Shown here: piece by piece, positions 10,140 through 18,158 of the stretch
Position numbering within the stretch: position 1 is the first letter of the stretch
Layout of the letters: every line of letters starts with the position of its first letter
Position numbers and translations under genes: made by a program
Notes under the pieces: generated by a model
Database searches by the model: none
What the model saw: only the letters and a program-made list of their open reading frames with translations
Told to the model about the DNA's origin: nothing
IMG/VR virus record: IMGVR_UViG_3300006052_000009
Location: 1-64,000 of that record
Length of the DNA: 64,000 nucleotides
From: a virus
Reading direction: 5' to 3' (one strand)

Positions 10140-10328
10140 TCAAAATGTTCCGTAGTTTCTCTCCTGCTCTATAGCCGACCATCTGTTCATGGCTTCGATA
10201 GCACCATCGATCATCAACTTAAGTTCACCTTCAGTCTTTATCTCTTCCCACTCTTCATCGGAGATGTCCTCCTCAAGCGCGAGTGCCTTAACCCAACACT
10301 CCTTCAATATTTTTTCTTCTTCACTCAT
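10140..10328 (-). CDS. small acidic hypothetical protein
   Basis: start revised to MSEEEK at 10328 (ATGA coupling). Confidence 0.55.
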   Translation of the reverse strand: MSEEEKILKECWVKALALEEDISDEEWEEIKTEGELKLMIDGAIEAMNRWSAIEQERNYGTF

Positions 10329-10678
10329 CGCCTCGCCCCTCCAATCTGCCTCCGATTCCCCCACAACGATGGATCCAACTGCGCTGCTTTTGACCAGATC
10401 GTGTTCATCGCCACCTTACGGCAACCGACCTCTCCGTGGGCCATCTTCGTGACCTCACTCTTCACCCTCCCACTCTGCGTGATGTGGCTCTTGGTCCTGT
10501 TCAAAGCCCAACGCCAGCGGCCTTTACGCACCCTGTGCACAGCGAAGTGCATGCTGTTCACCCTGGCGGTAAGTGCTCGGGTGCCAGAACCCTCCCAGAT
10601 GACATTAGGCATTCTTCCCAACAAATTGAATGTTATTGTTGCATTTGTCCCCTTGATCGGTGCATGCTCTACTATCAT
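10325..10678 (-). CDS. hypothetical protein
   Basis: 117 aa, coupled at both ends. Confidence 0.55.
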   Translation of the reverse strand: MIVEHAPIKGTNATITFNLLGRMPNVIWEGSGTRALTARVNSMHFAVHRVRKGRWRWALNRTKSHITQSGRVKSEVTKMAHGEVGCRKVAMNTIWSKAAQLDPSLWGNRRQIGGARR

Positions 10679-10896
10679 GGCTTCAACTTATTGACATGCA
10701 TCTTGATGTTGTCCTCCGTGCTACGGATGGCACTGCGCACCTCACCGCTGACACCAGTAACCTTGGCCATCAGCCGTGTCTCGAGTTGCTCGAGTTTGAC
10801 CTCGAGTTTATGAGCCTTGTCTTTCACAGAGTTGCTCACAATAATGCCCACAGCAAATCCTATGCTCAGGCAAACGACAATAATGATCATAATCAT
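10675..10896 (-). CDS. small membrane-anchored protein
   Basis: hydrophobic N-terminus then coiled coil; A/C-rich leader before ATG 10896. Confidence 0.55.
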   Translation of the reverse strand: MIMIIIVVCLSIGFAVGIIVSNSVKDKAHKLEVKLEQLETRLMAKVTGVSGEVRSAIRSTEDNIKMHVNKLKP

Positions 10897-10989
10897 AATT
10901 TTTGGGTTAGTTGGTTGTCTTCTTCTTACCGAATACAGCGAATGGTGCGGCAATGAGCGCGACCAGCGCAATGAGAAAATTTTTGCGTT

Positions 10990-11265
10990 TCATGGTTGAT
11001 TGGTTACGTCCTCAATCCTTATAGCTGGCTGAACAGTCACCCTGCCACCGTCATTCTTTCGGATCGTAAATCCCTGCCCCTCCACCGAGAATGTGTCACC
11101 CACCTGAAGTTCATAATGATTGCTCATCAATGGAGGATTGTTCAACAGGTCGCACTCCAGTTCGGCTGCCTCATGTAACCTCCACCTTGAGGATATCACG
11201 CCCGACTCATCCTGAACGGACCACGATCCGTCTTCCAGGCCTACTACTTTATATATCATCACCAA
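10990..11265 (-). CDS. hypothetical protein
   Basis: 91-aa ORF; exact start uncertain. Confidence 0.5.
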   Translation of the reverse strand: MVMIYKVVGLEDGSWSVQDESGVISSRWRLHEAAELECDLLNNPPLMSNHYELQVGDTFSVEGQGFTIRKNDGGRVTVQPAIRIEDVTNQP

Positions 11266-11371
11266 TTGTTTTCATCGAAGTCCTTGAACATCCACATGCA
11301 CCACCAGAAGTAGGCGATCAACAAGACCAACCCACCCGTAATCACAAACCCAAGTATCTCTAAAAATTCTT

Positions 11372-11761
11372 TCATAAAATGCCGTCTAGTGAAATGTCGT
11401 CTACTGGCTGAACCTTCATCGCCTCCTTACCAACTGGATCAACAACCTCTTGGCTTTGCTCGGTCGTGTGAACCGTTACCTCTCCTTTCGTGATCAATGT
11501 TCTGAACATCTCGTCATTGACATGGTGTGAAGTCAAAGTACCTGTCTTCAATGTGTCCTTCGCCATCTTCACATTATCCGGATGAGTAAAAATTACTGGC
11601 TTGTCAGTCTCCGTGGCATAGTACCTCGTCCGCACCTCATCAAGCAAAAACTCCTTCACTCCCTTGAATCCTCCGTCCTTCACCATCCGTCCGATCGCCA
11701 CCGCCTCGGCCTCACTCACCCTGAAGCTCAGCACCAAACTTTTCTTCTTCTCTCTTGCCAT
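11372..11761 (-). CDS. ribbon-helix-helix (MobC/CopG-like) DNA-binding protein
   Basis: LSFRVSEAE..AI..MVK.GGF.GVKEFL; own promoter. Confidence 0.65.
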   Translation of the reverse strand: MAREKKKSLVLSFRVSEAEAVAIGRMVKDGGFKGVKEFLLDEVRTRYYATETDKPVIFTHPDNVKMAKDTLKTGTLTSHHVNDEMFRTLITKGEVTVHTTEQSQEVVDPVGKEAMKVQPVDDISLDGIL

Positions 11762-11765
11762 ACAA

Positions 11766-11796
11766 CAAATGTATAAAAGTTGTTTACAAATACAAA
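11766..11796 (-). promoter_or_regulatory. Bacteroidota sigma70 promoter TTTG-N19-TACATTTG
   Basis: -7 box at 11773-11766 and -33 box at 11796-11793; ATG 4 nt downstream. Confidence 0.7.
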
Positions 11797-11815
11797 TGCT
11801 TTTGTATCAAAGTCC

Positions 11816-12196
11816 TCACTCTTCCCCCAACATGTCCTTCATCCAATCCTCCTGCTCCACCTTCGGCTTCTCCGTACCCCTGATCCTGGCAAGTCGCTCC
11901 TCGCGGGCCTCATTCTCCCTCTCGAGCCTGATCTTCTCCCTCTCGTCCTCACGTATCGCCCTGAGCCTCTCCCTCATCCTCTCCTTCTCCTCGAGGTCGG
12001 CACCCTTCGCGCTAACCTGCTGATCCCTCTGGTGCTTCCTTACCATACCCGCCACATCCGTGCCCTGCGGAATACCCGTCAGACACAGATACTCAACCAT
12101 CTCCCTCAGCCCTACCCCGTGCGCCCGACACAGCTCCGTCAGCCTCGCATCATCCTCAAAAGTCAACCGAAATGTCTTCACAACTGTCGTTACCAT
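11816..12196 (-). CDS. RHH/CopG-like protein with charged coiled-coil tail
   Basis: KTFRLTFEDDARLTELCRAHGVGLREMVEYL; start revised. Confidence 0.55.
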   Translation of the reverse strand: MVTTVVKTFRLTFEDDARLTELCRAHGVGLREMVEYLCLTGIPQGTDVAGMVRKHQRDQQVSAKGADLEEKERMRERLRAIREDEREKIRLERENEAREERLARIRGTEKPKVEQEDWMKDMLGEE

Positions 12197-12203
12197 AGCT
12201 TTT

Positions 12204-12431
12204 TTATTTATCGTACTCCCATAATGGACCATCCAGATACACATACCAAACGTCATCGTGCACCGTGTTCAGCCTACCCCTCAACTGAGCCTCCGTGCAC
12301 CCGTAATACTCCGCTGCATCCCTGTAATTATCAAACTCCCGAGGCACACTCCCCCCATCCTTATCCAACATCTGGATAAATGCCCTCACCCCTCGCACCC
12401 ATACACCTGGCAGTCTTCTCCTCTTTATCAT
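12204..12431 (-). CDS. NUMOD1-like small DNA-binding protein
   Basis: Q.LDKDG...REFDNYRDAAEYYG pattern. Confidence 0.55.
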   Translation of the reverse strand: MIKRRRLPGVWVRGVRAFIQMLDKDGGSVPREFDNYRDAAEYYGCTEAQLRGRLNTVHDDVWYVYLDGPLWEYDK

Positions 12432-12730
12432 AATCCAGCCTCCTCGGCCTCAATCTTTGCCTTCACCTCCGCTAATATCCTCCTCCTGCGCTCCTTCTTC
12501 GCCTCCTTCTCCTCCTTCCTCCTCTGCTCAAGGAACATCGTCTCGTAAGACCTCATGTTCCACAACTTTTTCTTCACATCATCCTCGTCAAATCCGAACT
12601 CATACCTACCAACAAATTGAAGCAGTTCCGACACCGTCATTCCGTACTTCTCACAGACCCTGTTTACATTCAATTTATTGTGCTCTAAGAACCACACCGC
12701 GATCATCTTTTTTTTCTCCATAAAAAACAC
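12428..12730 (-). CDS. hypothetical protein, possible HTH
   Basis: NVNRVCEKYGMTVSEL; start may be ATG 12721. Confidence 0.55.
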   Translation of the reverse strand: MFFMEKKKMIAVWFLEHNKLNVNRVCEKYGMTVSELLQFVGRYEFGFDEDDVKKKLWNMRSYETMFLEQRRKEEKEAKKERRRRILAEVKAKIEAEEAGL

Positions 12731-12876
12731 TGAATTGCTCCGAGTATACTTGCAAATTTAAGATTAAAAATATAAAATCAAAATACTTTTTTAAAAAATA
12801 CTAAAAACACGACTTTTTTAAAACCGCTTTTTTACATGTGTATACAAAGAAAAAATCAGACCCCGAGGAGAAATGT

Positions 12877-12954
12877 GATCACCACAGATTAATAGGATTT
12901 TTGAAGTATACTGTATAAGATATACATAAAAATTCCTATTAAACTGTTGTGATC
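12877..12954. repeat. 34-bp imperfect inverted repeat (29/34) with 10-bp spacer
   Basis: arms 12877-12910 and 12921-12954. Confidence 0.85.
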
Positions 12955-13349
12955 GTTTTTGTAATACAAAATCCTTTGAAAAATGACCGAAAAATCACCA
13001 TGTTTACAGAAATGTTTACAAATGTCTACAAATTTGTTTAGAATCATTCCAAATAAGCACCAAAATCCCAGAAATCAGCGTGTAACAGTAGTTTTAACAC
13101 CCAAAATCACCCCCAAATTTGCTTTTGACAAAAATCACCCCTATTTTCACATAAAATGACACCAAAATTCCGCACGCTTACGTCAATGCACCTCCCGCAC
13201 CAATGTCCCCCCGCGAGTCCCGAATTGGGCTTTTGGTTTTCTGAGGGGTGGGGAGTCGATTTTCCCAAAAAGAGAATCCAAAACATAATGCTTTTATCTG
13301 ATTGTCAGCCGGTTACAAACTATTTAACATAATACAAATTATATAACAC

Positions 13350-13916
13350 ATGGAAACTGATGGGTTGAATGGCCAAAAGCCTGTTTCTGATGGGGTTTCA
13401 CGTGAAACGCGAGCGAGCGCGAATGATGGAGGCACATGGTTATTTAGAAACAGTCTAAATAGGAGGGATATACGACTCAACAGGATTGACGAGAGGATAA
13501 TACACATCAAGACAAAGAGGAGGCTTTGTACTTACTTTGGATCTCTTGGATATGAGACAAAGTTTTATTTGACTGATCGAGTATTGAACACGTTGGGAAT
13601 ATTTGAATTATGGTGTGTGATGAATAATAAAATTGCTGGTAGTATCAAGAACATTGTTCATTGGTCGGGTTACTCTTCATCGTGGGTGAGGGACTACACA
13701 TGGGGAATGAATAAGTGTGTTGAGTTAGGATATTTGGAGAGGATAAAGTTCAAGAGGGGTTATGTAATTGGATTGACTGAGAAGGGACAGAGAATAATTG
13801 AGATGTACGATAAGATGTGGGATGTAGTGATCAAGGAGATTGAGGGTAGGGGAAATGTATTGATCGAGAAGAGGGGAAATAAGGCAGTTTCATTCGAGCG
13901 CAAATCTGCAGCGTAA
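13350..13916 (+). CDS. winged-helix (MarR-like) DNA-binding protein
   Basis: C-terminal ELGYLERI...IGLTEKGQRII. Confidence 0.6.
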   Translation: METDGLNGQKPVSDGVSRETRASANDGGTWLFRNSLNRRDIRLNRIDERIIHIKTKRRLCTYFGSLGYETKFYLTDRVLNTLGIFELWCVMNNKIAGSIKNIVHWSGYSSSWVRDYTWGMNKCVELGYLERIKFKRGYVIGLTEKGQRIIEMYDKMWDVVIKEIEGRGNVLIEKRGNKAVSFERKSAA

Positions 13917-14091
13917 AAAAAATCCAGGGTAATTAGAATGGTTCTAAATAATACGTGTTGGTTCTCAATGCGTTGAGTTGCATGTAATATTGATGTAAGG
14001 TTATTTCTACAAGATATTTTGTAGTTCAAAGAATTTTGTAGACATTTGATGTGTCAAGTGAGGGATAAAACACTTCTAAACGATCAAGAAT

Positions 14092-14428
14092 ATGAACACA
14101 CATTTCGACATTAATGAGCATGGGTGCAGAGACTTCCCGAAAGAGTCTCAATTAGAATTGGTACGTGCGATGGCACGTTCACAGATAGTATGGTCATGGG
14201 GTGCGCATGCATGGGCAAACGTATATGACAAGGGATTGAGGTTTTAGAGTCAATGGTCACCATCACAAAGGTCTTGTGTACATTGTTGTGAATGGTAGCG
14301 ACTTGTTCGATGTGTATCTGACTGACAACAAAGGTAAGATCAAGGAGAGTCTGATTGATGTGTATGTTGAAGACTTGATTAACACGATCGATCAGAGAGT
14401 TGAATACATTGATGCATACAAATTTTAA
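14092..14428 (+). pseudogene. frameshifted hypothetical gene (+1 shift at 14242-14247)
   Basis: frame 0 stops at TTT TAG; +1 frame continues RVNGHHHKGLVYIVVNGSDLFDVYL; joined product 111 aa. Confidence 0.7.
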
Positions 14429-14680
14429 TCTTAAACAATAAACGATCATGAAAACGATTAGCACAACTGACGAGTTAGTTGCCATGAAGGCGAGACTCAC
14501 ACATTTCGAAGATGCGTATCAGGCATTAAATTCTGCTTGGATAAATGCGGAGTATGAATTTAATGATGGCATTCTTAATACTAATAATCCTACAGACTGA
14601 AGACGGATTAAAGACGAGTGTTCGAATAGAGGAGCATCAATTTAAAGAAATACTGAACACATTTAAGAGGTGAATTACCA

Positions 14681-14710
14681 TCCTGTGGGTGATTGGTTTT
14701 GCCCACAGGA
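14681..14710 (+). other. 10-bp hairpin with GATTGGTTTT loop
   Basis: tcctgtgggt/gcccacagga; intergenic; no U-tail. Confidence 0.75.
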
Positions 14711-14752
14711 GCAATGCGAATATTCGCAGATATTAAAAACAATAAACGATCT

Positions 14753-15457
14753 ATGGAAACTTATGTAGCGACAAGGGAGCAATTGATGGGAGTATCATTG
14801 CCCGAACAAACGAAGACTTACAAACCTGTAAGCCATGCACAATTGATTGACTTGACATTGGAGTCTATTGACAAGTCAGGATTTAAGTTAGCGAGTGAGG
14901 AGTATTCAGCATCACAGAATGGTCAGATTGCCAACGGCAAATTTGCGATTGCAAACTTGTTTGACACAGAGATGCAATTACAGATCGGATGGCAGAATAG
15001 TTACAACAAAAAACTGACCTTGAAGTTTGCCATTGGTTCGCGCATCTTCATCTGCTCGAATGGATGTGTACGTGGTGACTTTGGTAGTTTTAAAAGAAAG
15101 CATGTGGGTGATGTGCAGGAATTCACACCAGAGGCGATCACGGAATACATCAAGAGGAGTTCGGATGTGTTCACCTTGATGCAATCAGAGAGGGATGCCA
15201 TGAAGTCTGTGGGACTGACGGCTCGCGATCGTTCTACCTTGGTGGGTAGGATGTTCTTGGAGGAGGAATTGATCACAGCGACACAGCTAGGCATCATTGC
15301 ACGGGAGATCAAGGCACCGACACACGATTATAATGCCGAGGACAGTCTATGGGAGTTGTACAACTACACCACGTTTGCCTATAAGGAGATTAACCCAGCA
15401 TTGTGGATGAGTCAGCATATGAGTGCGCATGAGTTTTTTGTGTCACTCACCAAGTAG
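14753..15457 (+). CDS. DUF932/DUF945-family protein
   Basis: TYKPVSH, NSYNK, RIFICSNG, KRKH, SLWELYNYTT; start revised to ATG 14753. Confidence 0.8.
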   Translation: METYVATREQLMGVSLPEQTKTYKPVSHAQLIDLTLESIDKSGFKLASEEYSASQNGQIANGKFAIANLFDTEMQLQIGWQNSYNKKLTLKFAIGSRIFICSNGCVRGDFGSFKRKHVGDVQEFTPEAITEYIKRSSDVFTLMQSERDAMKSVGLTARDRSTLVGRMFLEEELITATQLGIIAREIKAPTHDYNAEDSLWELYNYTTFAYKEINPALWMSQHMSAHEFFVSLTK

Positions 15458-15497
15458 AATGGTTCGTTGGGGAGGTTCGACTCCTCCCCTACTTGCA
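15451..15497 (+). ncRNA. tRNA top-half mimic (T-arm plus acceptor-like stem)
   Basis: GGAGG-TTCGACT-CCTCC T arm; caagta/tacttg closing stem; no D or anticodon arm. Confidence 0.55.
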
Positions 15498-15515
15498 AAC
15501 TAATTTTTAACGATC

Positions 15516-15695
15516 ATGTACACACAACTAACCATTGAACAGGCCTTGGCTGAGCTGATCAGCCTCCACGGAGTATTGATTAAGATTAAGGACGCGCCAG
15601 GCATTGAGCCGGTGCTCAAGACATTGGATTCTGCCTACAAGGCATTGGACGACATGGCTCAGGATTATGCAAACTATTTGGAGGAAAGGAGGTAA
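15516..15695 (+). CDS. small helical protein (59 aa, MYTQLTIEQALAEL)
   Basis: translated by hand; AACGATC directly before the ATG. Confidence 0.65.
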   Translation: MYTQLTIEQALAELISLHGVLIKIKDAPGIEPVLKTLDSAYKALDDMAQDYANYLEERR

Positions 15696-15699
15696 CGCC

Positions 15700-16359
15700 A
15701 TGAATACAAAAACGATTAACGGAATCAAATACATCGTTTACGAGGCTGGTATGGTCTTAAGCGATGAAACAAAATCATACTATTTCGAAAATGATTTGGA
15801 TTATGATGGGGATTTGAAATGCTTGTATTTGTATGCAATCAAAAGCGTAACGGTCCGAGGCAATCAGGATGTCCGAGGCAATCAGTATGTCGGAGGCAAT
15901 CAGTATGTCGGAGGCAATCAGGATGTCCGAGGCAATCAGTATGTCGGAGGCAATCAGTATGTCGGAGGCAATCAGGATGTCCGAGGCAATCAGTATGTCG
16001 GAGGCAATCAGTATGTCGGAGGCAATCAGTATGTCGGAGGCTATCAGTATGTCGGAGGCAATCAGGATGTCCGAGGCTATCAGTATGTCGGAGGCAATCA
16101 GGATGTCCGAGGCCATCAGGATGTGAGGTACCTCATTGTTTACTGTTTTTGCAAATATCCTATTAGATTAGATAGAGATTCCGATGAAATAAAAATTGGA
16201 TGTGTCTCTAAAACTACGGATGGATGGAATGACTTTTTCGATAATAAGCAAACTATTTCTATGAGTGCAGAGGATAGAAACTATAAGAAACTGGCCGCTG
16301 CTTTGAATGCTGCCATTGCGATGAGGGATGTTTTAAAAGTTATGAACGATAAGCCATGA
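15700..16359 (+). CDS. hexapeptide-repeat (beta-helix-like) protein
   Basis: 15 x V[GR]G[NYH]Q[YD]; C-terminal IKIGC...W motif; start revised. Confidence 0.75.
   Translation: MNTKTINGIKYIVYEAGMVLSDETKSYYFENDLDYDGDLKCLYLYAIKSVTVRGNQDVRGNQYVGGNQYVGGNQDVRGNQYVGGNQYVGGNQDVRGNQYVGGNQYVGGNQYVGGYQYVGGNQDVRGYQYVGGNQDVRGHQDVRYLIVYCFCKYPIRLDRDSDEIKIGCVSKTTDGWNDFFDNKQTISMSAEDRNYKKLAAALNAAIAMRDVLKVMNDKP
15853..16122 (+). repeat. 18-bp tandem repeat, 15 units
   Basis: consensus gtc[gc]gaggc[atc]atcag[tg]at. Confidence 0.95.
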
Positions 16360-16465
16360 TCGTCATCTATTGGAACGGTCATCGCTGGGAGTTTAACGAT
16401 CAAGAGGGATATGCATTCCTTGAGTATTGGAAGTTAAAGGGTGATGGCGCAAATGTATTTAAGAA

Positions 16466-16651
16466 ATGAGGAAAACCAAAAAACCTGAATGGATCAAGAA
16501 AGCAATTCGCAATCAAAATGCGAGGAAGAGATACTTTATGAAACGATATGGTAATCTTGATCGCATGGAAGTGATTGAGGCAAAATTTCAACACATGATG
16601 GATGAATGGTCATTCAATGATGAACTTAAAAAAATGGAAGATATTAAATGA
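16466..16651 (+). CDS. small basic hypothetical protein
   Basis: 61-aa ORF. Confidence 0.5.
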   Translation: MRKTKKPEWIKKAIRNQNARKRYFMKRYGNLDRMEVIEAKFQHMMDEWSFNDELKKMEDIK

Positions 16652-16653
16652 CT

Positions 16654-16718
16654 AGGTGGTAGCCTTCGGGCGCACGTTCATGTTTTACTTGATCGTTTTC
16701 ATGGACGGCCACCTTTTT
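16654..16718 (+). ncRNA. candidate three-way-junction RNA with 17-nt U-rich loop and U-tail
   Basis: P1 16654-60/16708-14; P2 gcc-TTCG-ggc; P3 16675-82/16700-07; intergenic. Confidence 0.65.
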
Positions 16719-16733
16719 AACTGCAAACTAATT

Positions 16734-17039
16734 ATGGAAAAGAAAAAACTTTTAGGCGATTGGACAAGAAAAGAATTTGAGGCTCTCCCATGTAGAGCAT
16801 GGGATGAGGAGATTGAATTCACTTCTATGGTTATACTACCAACAAGACGCATTCATGATTCGGGCTACAGATGCATGGATTTTGTTGCGTGCAAAAATCA
16901 GGTTCCTTTCGTTCGTCTTTCAGGGTGCTCTGATGTAATCCACGTTGATGGCATCGGTGGTTATGGTAAGGACTGGCTAAACTCACATCGGATGACATGC
17001 GGTAGTGCGCTATCTTCATTTGAATTATACAGTTTATGA
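16734..17039 (+). CDS. hypothetical phage protein
   Basis: HDSGYRCM..GCSDVIH; start revised to MEKKK. Confidence 0.6.
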   Translation: MEKKKLLGDWTRKEFEALPCRAWDEEIEFTSMVILPTRRIHDSGYRCMDFVACKNQVPFVRLSGCSDVIHVDGIGGYGKDWLNSHRMTCGSALSSFELYSL

Positions 17040-17297
17040 AACCGCTACCTGCATCTTTACTGACTATCTTCATCGGCTATATATTGGCCTTTGTGATCTT
17101 TGTTTTACTAGTTAAATTGATATCGCTATGAAAACACATTTGAAGACGATAGGGGTAATGATGTTGATATTCACATATTGGATATTAATCTGGTGGGCAA
17201 TGGCTGAGTTTAAATGGCTGGCATGGGCAGTAATATGGATTTTAGGTGGAGGATTACTTGTTTGTTTATATGTCATTATTTACAAATCTCTGAAGCC

Positions 17298-17495
17298 ATG
17301 AAAATAAGAATCGAAGTACAATGTGAACTTTGCAAAGGCAATGGTTATGTTGATAGAACATTATGTCCTTACTGTGATGGTAAGGGATGGATTAAAATGC
17401 CAATGATATTAAGTCAAAAAAGATATGTTCCTGATGATGAGACTTATTTGGTTGTTGAGTTTTTAATTGATAATAAACAAGAAGTAGAACTATGA
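17298..17495 (+). CDS. DnaJ-type zinc-finger protein
   Basis: CELCKGNG...CPYCDGKG. Confidence 0.65.
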   Translation: MKIRIEVQCELCKGNGYVDRTLCPYCDGKGWIKMPMILSQKRYVPDDETYLVVEFLIDNKQEVEL

Positions 17496-17650
17496 CCTAC
17501 GATGTTCGCGAATATAACTCAGGGCGACTAGTCCGCACGGTAAGGTGGAATTTGCCCATTGGCATGGCTCGCTTTTATAAGCGATTACTGGAGAACTCTC
17601 CGCACATGGATGGCAGTAAGTTTGAGATTGAACTAAACAAGAAGGTATGA
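17492..17650 (+). CDS. small hypothetical protein (52 aa)
   Basis: translated by hand; ATGA-coupled at both ends. Confidence 0.5.
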   Translation: MTYDVREYNSGRLVRTVRWNLPIGMARFYKRLLENSPHMDGSKFEIELNKKV

Positions 17651-17955
17651 GAATAAATCTGGCTGAACTTCTAAAACAAAATGGGGTAGCATTAACCCGA
17701 GGGAGCAAACTATTTTTACTTTTCCTATTGTCTGGCTGCATCACAAGCAACAATCGATTCTACAACACGATTACTGACTGCAAACTAATTGTGCTCGACA
17801 AGAGGTACGTACCTGGCTTTCAGTCTCCAGATAAATATCTGCTGAAAGTGTACGAAAGTGGTGAGTATCGGTGGCTAAGTTCATCGGTGTCACAGTACAA
17901 AGTTCTTGCCATTGGTGATACGCTGAAGACAACACTAATACAGAAGGTGCAATGA
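17647..17955 (+). CDS. putative lipoprotein
   Basis: LFLLFLLSGC lipobox-like. Confidence 0.5.
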   Translation: MRINLAELLKQNGVALTRGSKLFLLFLLSGCITSNNRFYNTITDCKLIVLDKRYVPGFQSPDKYLLKVYESGEYRWLSSSVSQYKVLAIGDTLKTTLIQKVQ

Positions 17956-18146
17956 GTTGGACACAAGAATTTAAAGGGGCTGCATTTCTTTTTACGAAAA
18001 AAGATGAATCGACAGAACTTCATCCATTACAGAATTTTCAATATCGCTTTCGCAACGGCCAGTTCGTGATCGCTTTGAATGAAGACCACGCTCGCTTCCT
18101 CACTGGCAACAAGACAGAAGTATTTTCATGTAATCCATTAAACTAA
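17952..18146 (+). CDS. hypothetical protein
   Basis: 64 aa, coupled. Confidence 0.5.
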   Translation: MSWTQEFKGAAFLFTKKDESTELHPLQNFQYRFRNGQFVIALNEDHARFLTGNKTEVFSCNPLN

Positions 18147-18158
18147 CCAATTAAAACT

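Noticed and set aside
14245-14247. TAG reassignment as in some crAss-like phages
   Set aside because: In-frame readthrough gives a short implausible peptide; long genes are intact under the standard code and several end in TAG.
15451-15497. Complete tRNA gene
   Set aside because: Only ~47 nt with no D or anticodon arm; kept as a mimic.
15853-16122. CRISPR array or DGR variable region
   Set aside because: No unique spacers, no cas genes, and no reverse transcriptase or template repeat in the window.
15775-16166. Alternative-frame ORFs (ASDILI, MSEAIS, RRQSVC repeats)
   Set aside because: By-products of a stop-free 18-bp repeat; only the V-G-G-N-Q-Y frame has sensible flanking domains.
17518-17626. 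Multi-stem structured RNA
   Set aside because: Stems are short and the region reads as a 52-aa ORF coupled to both neighbours.
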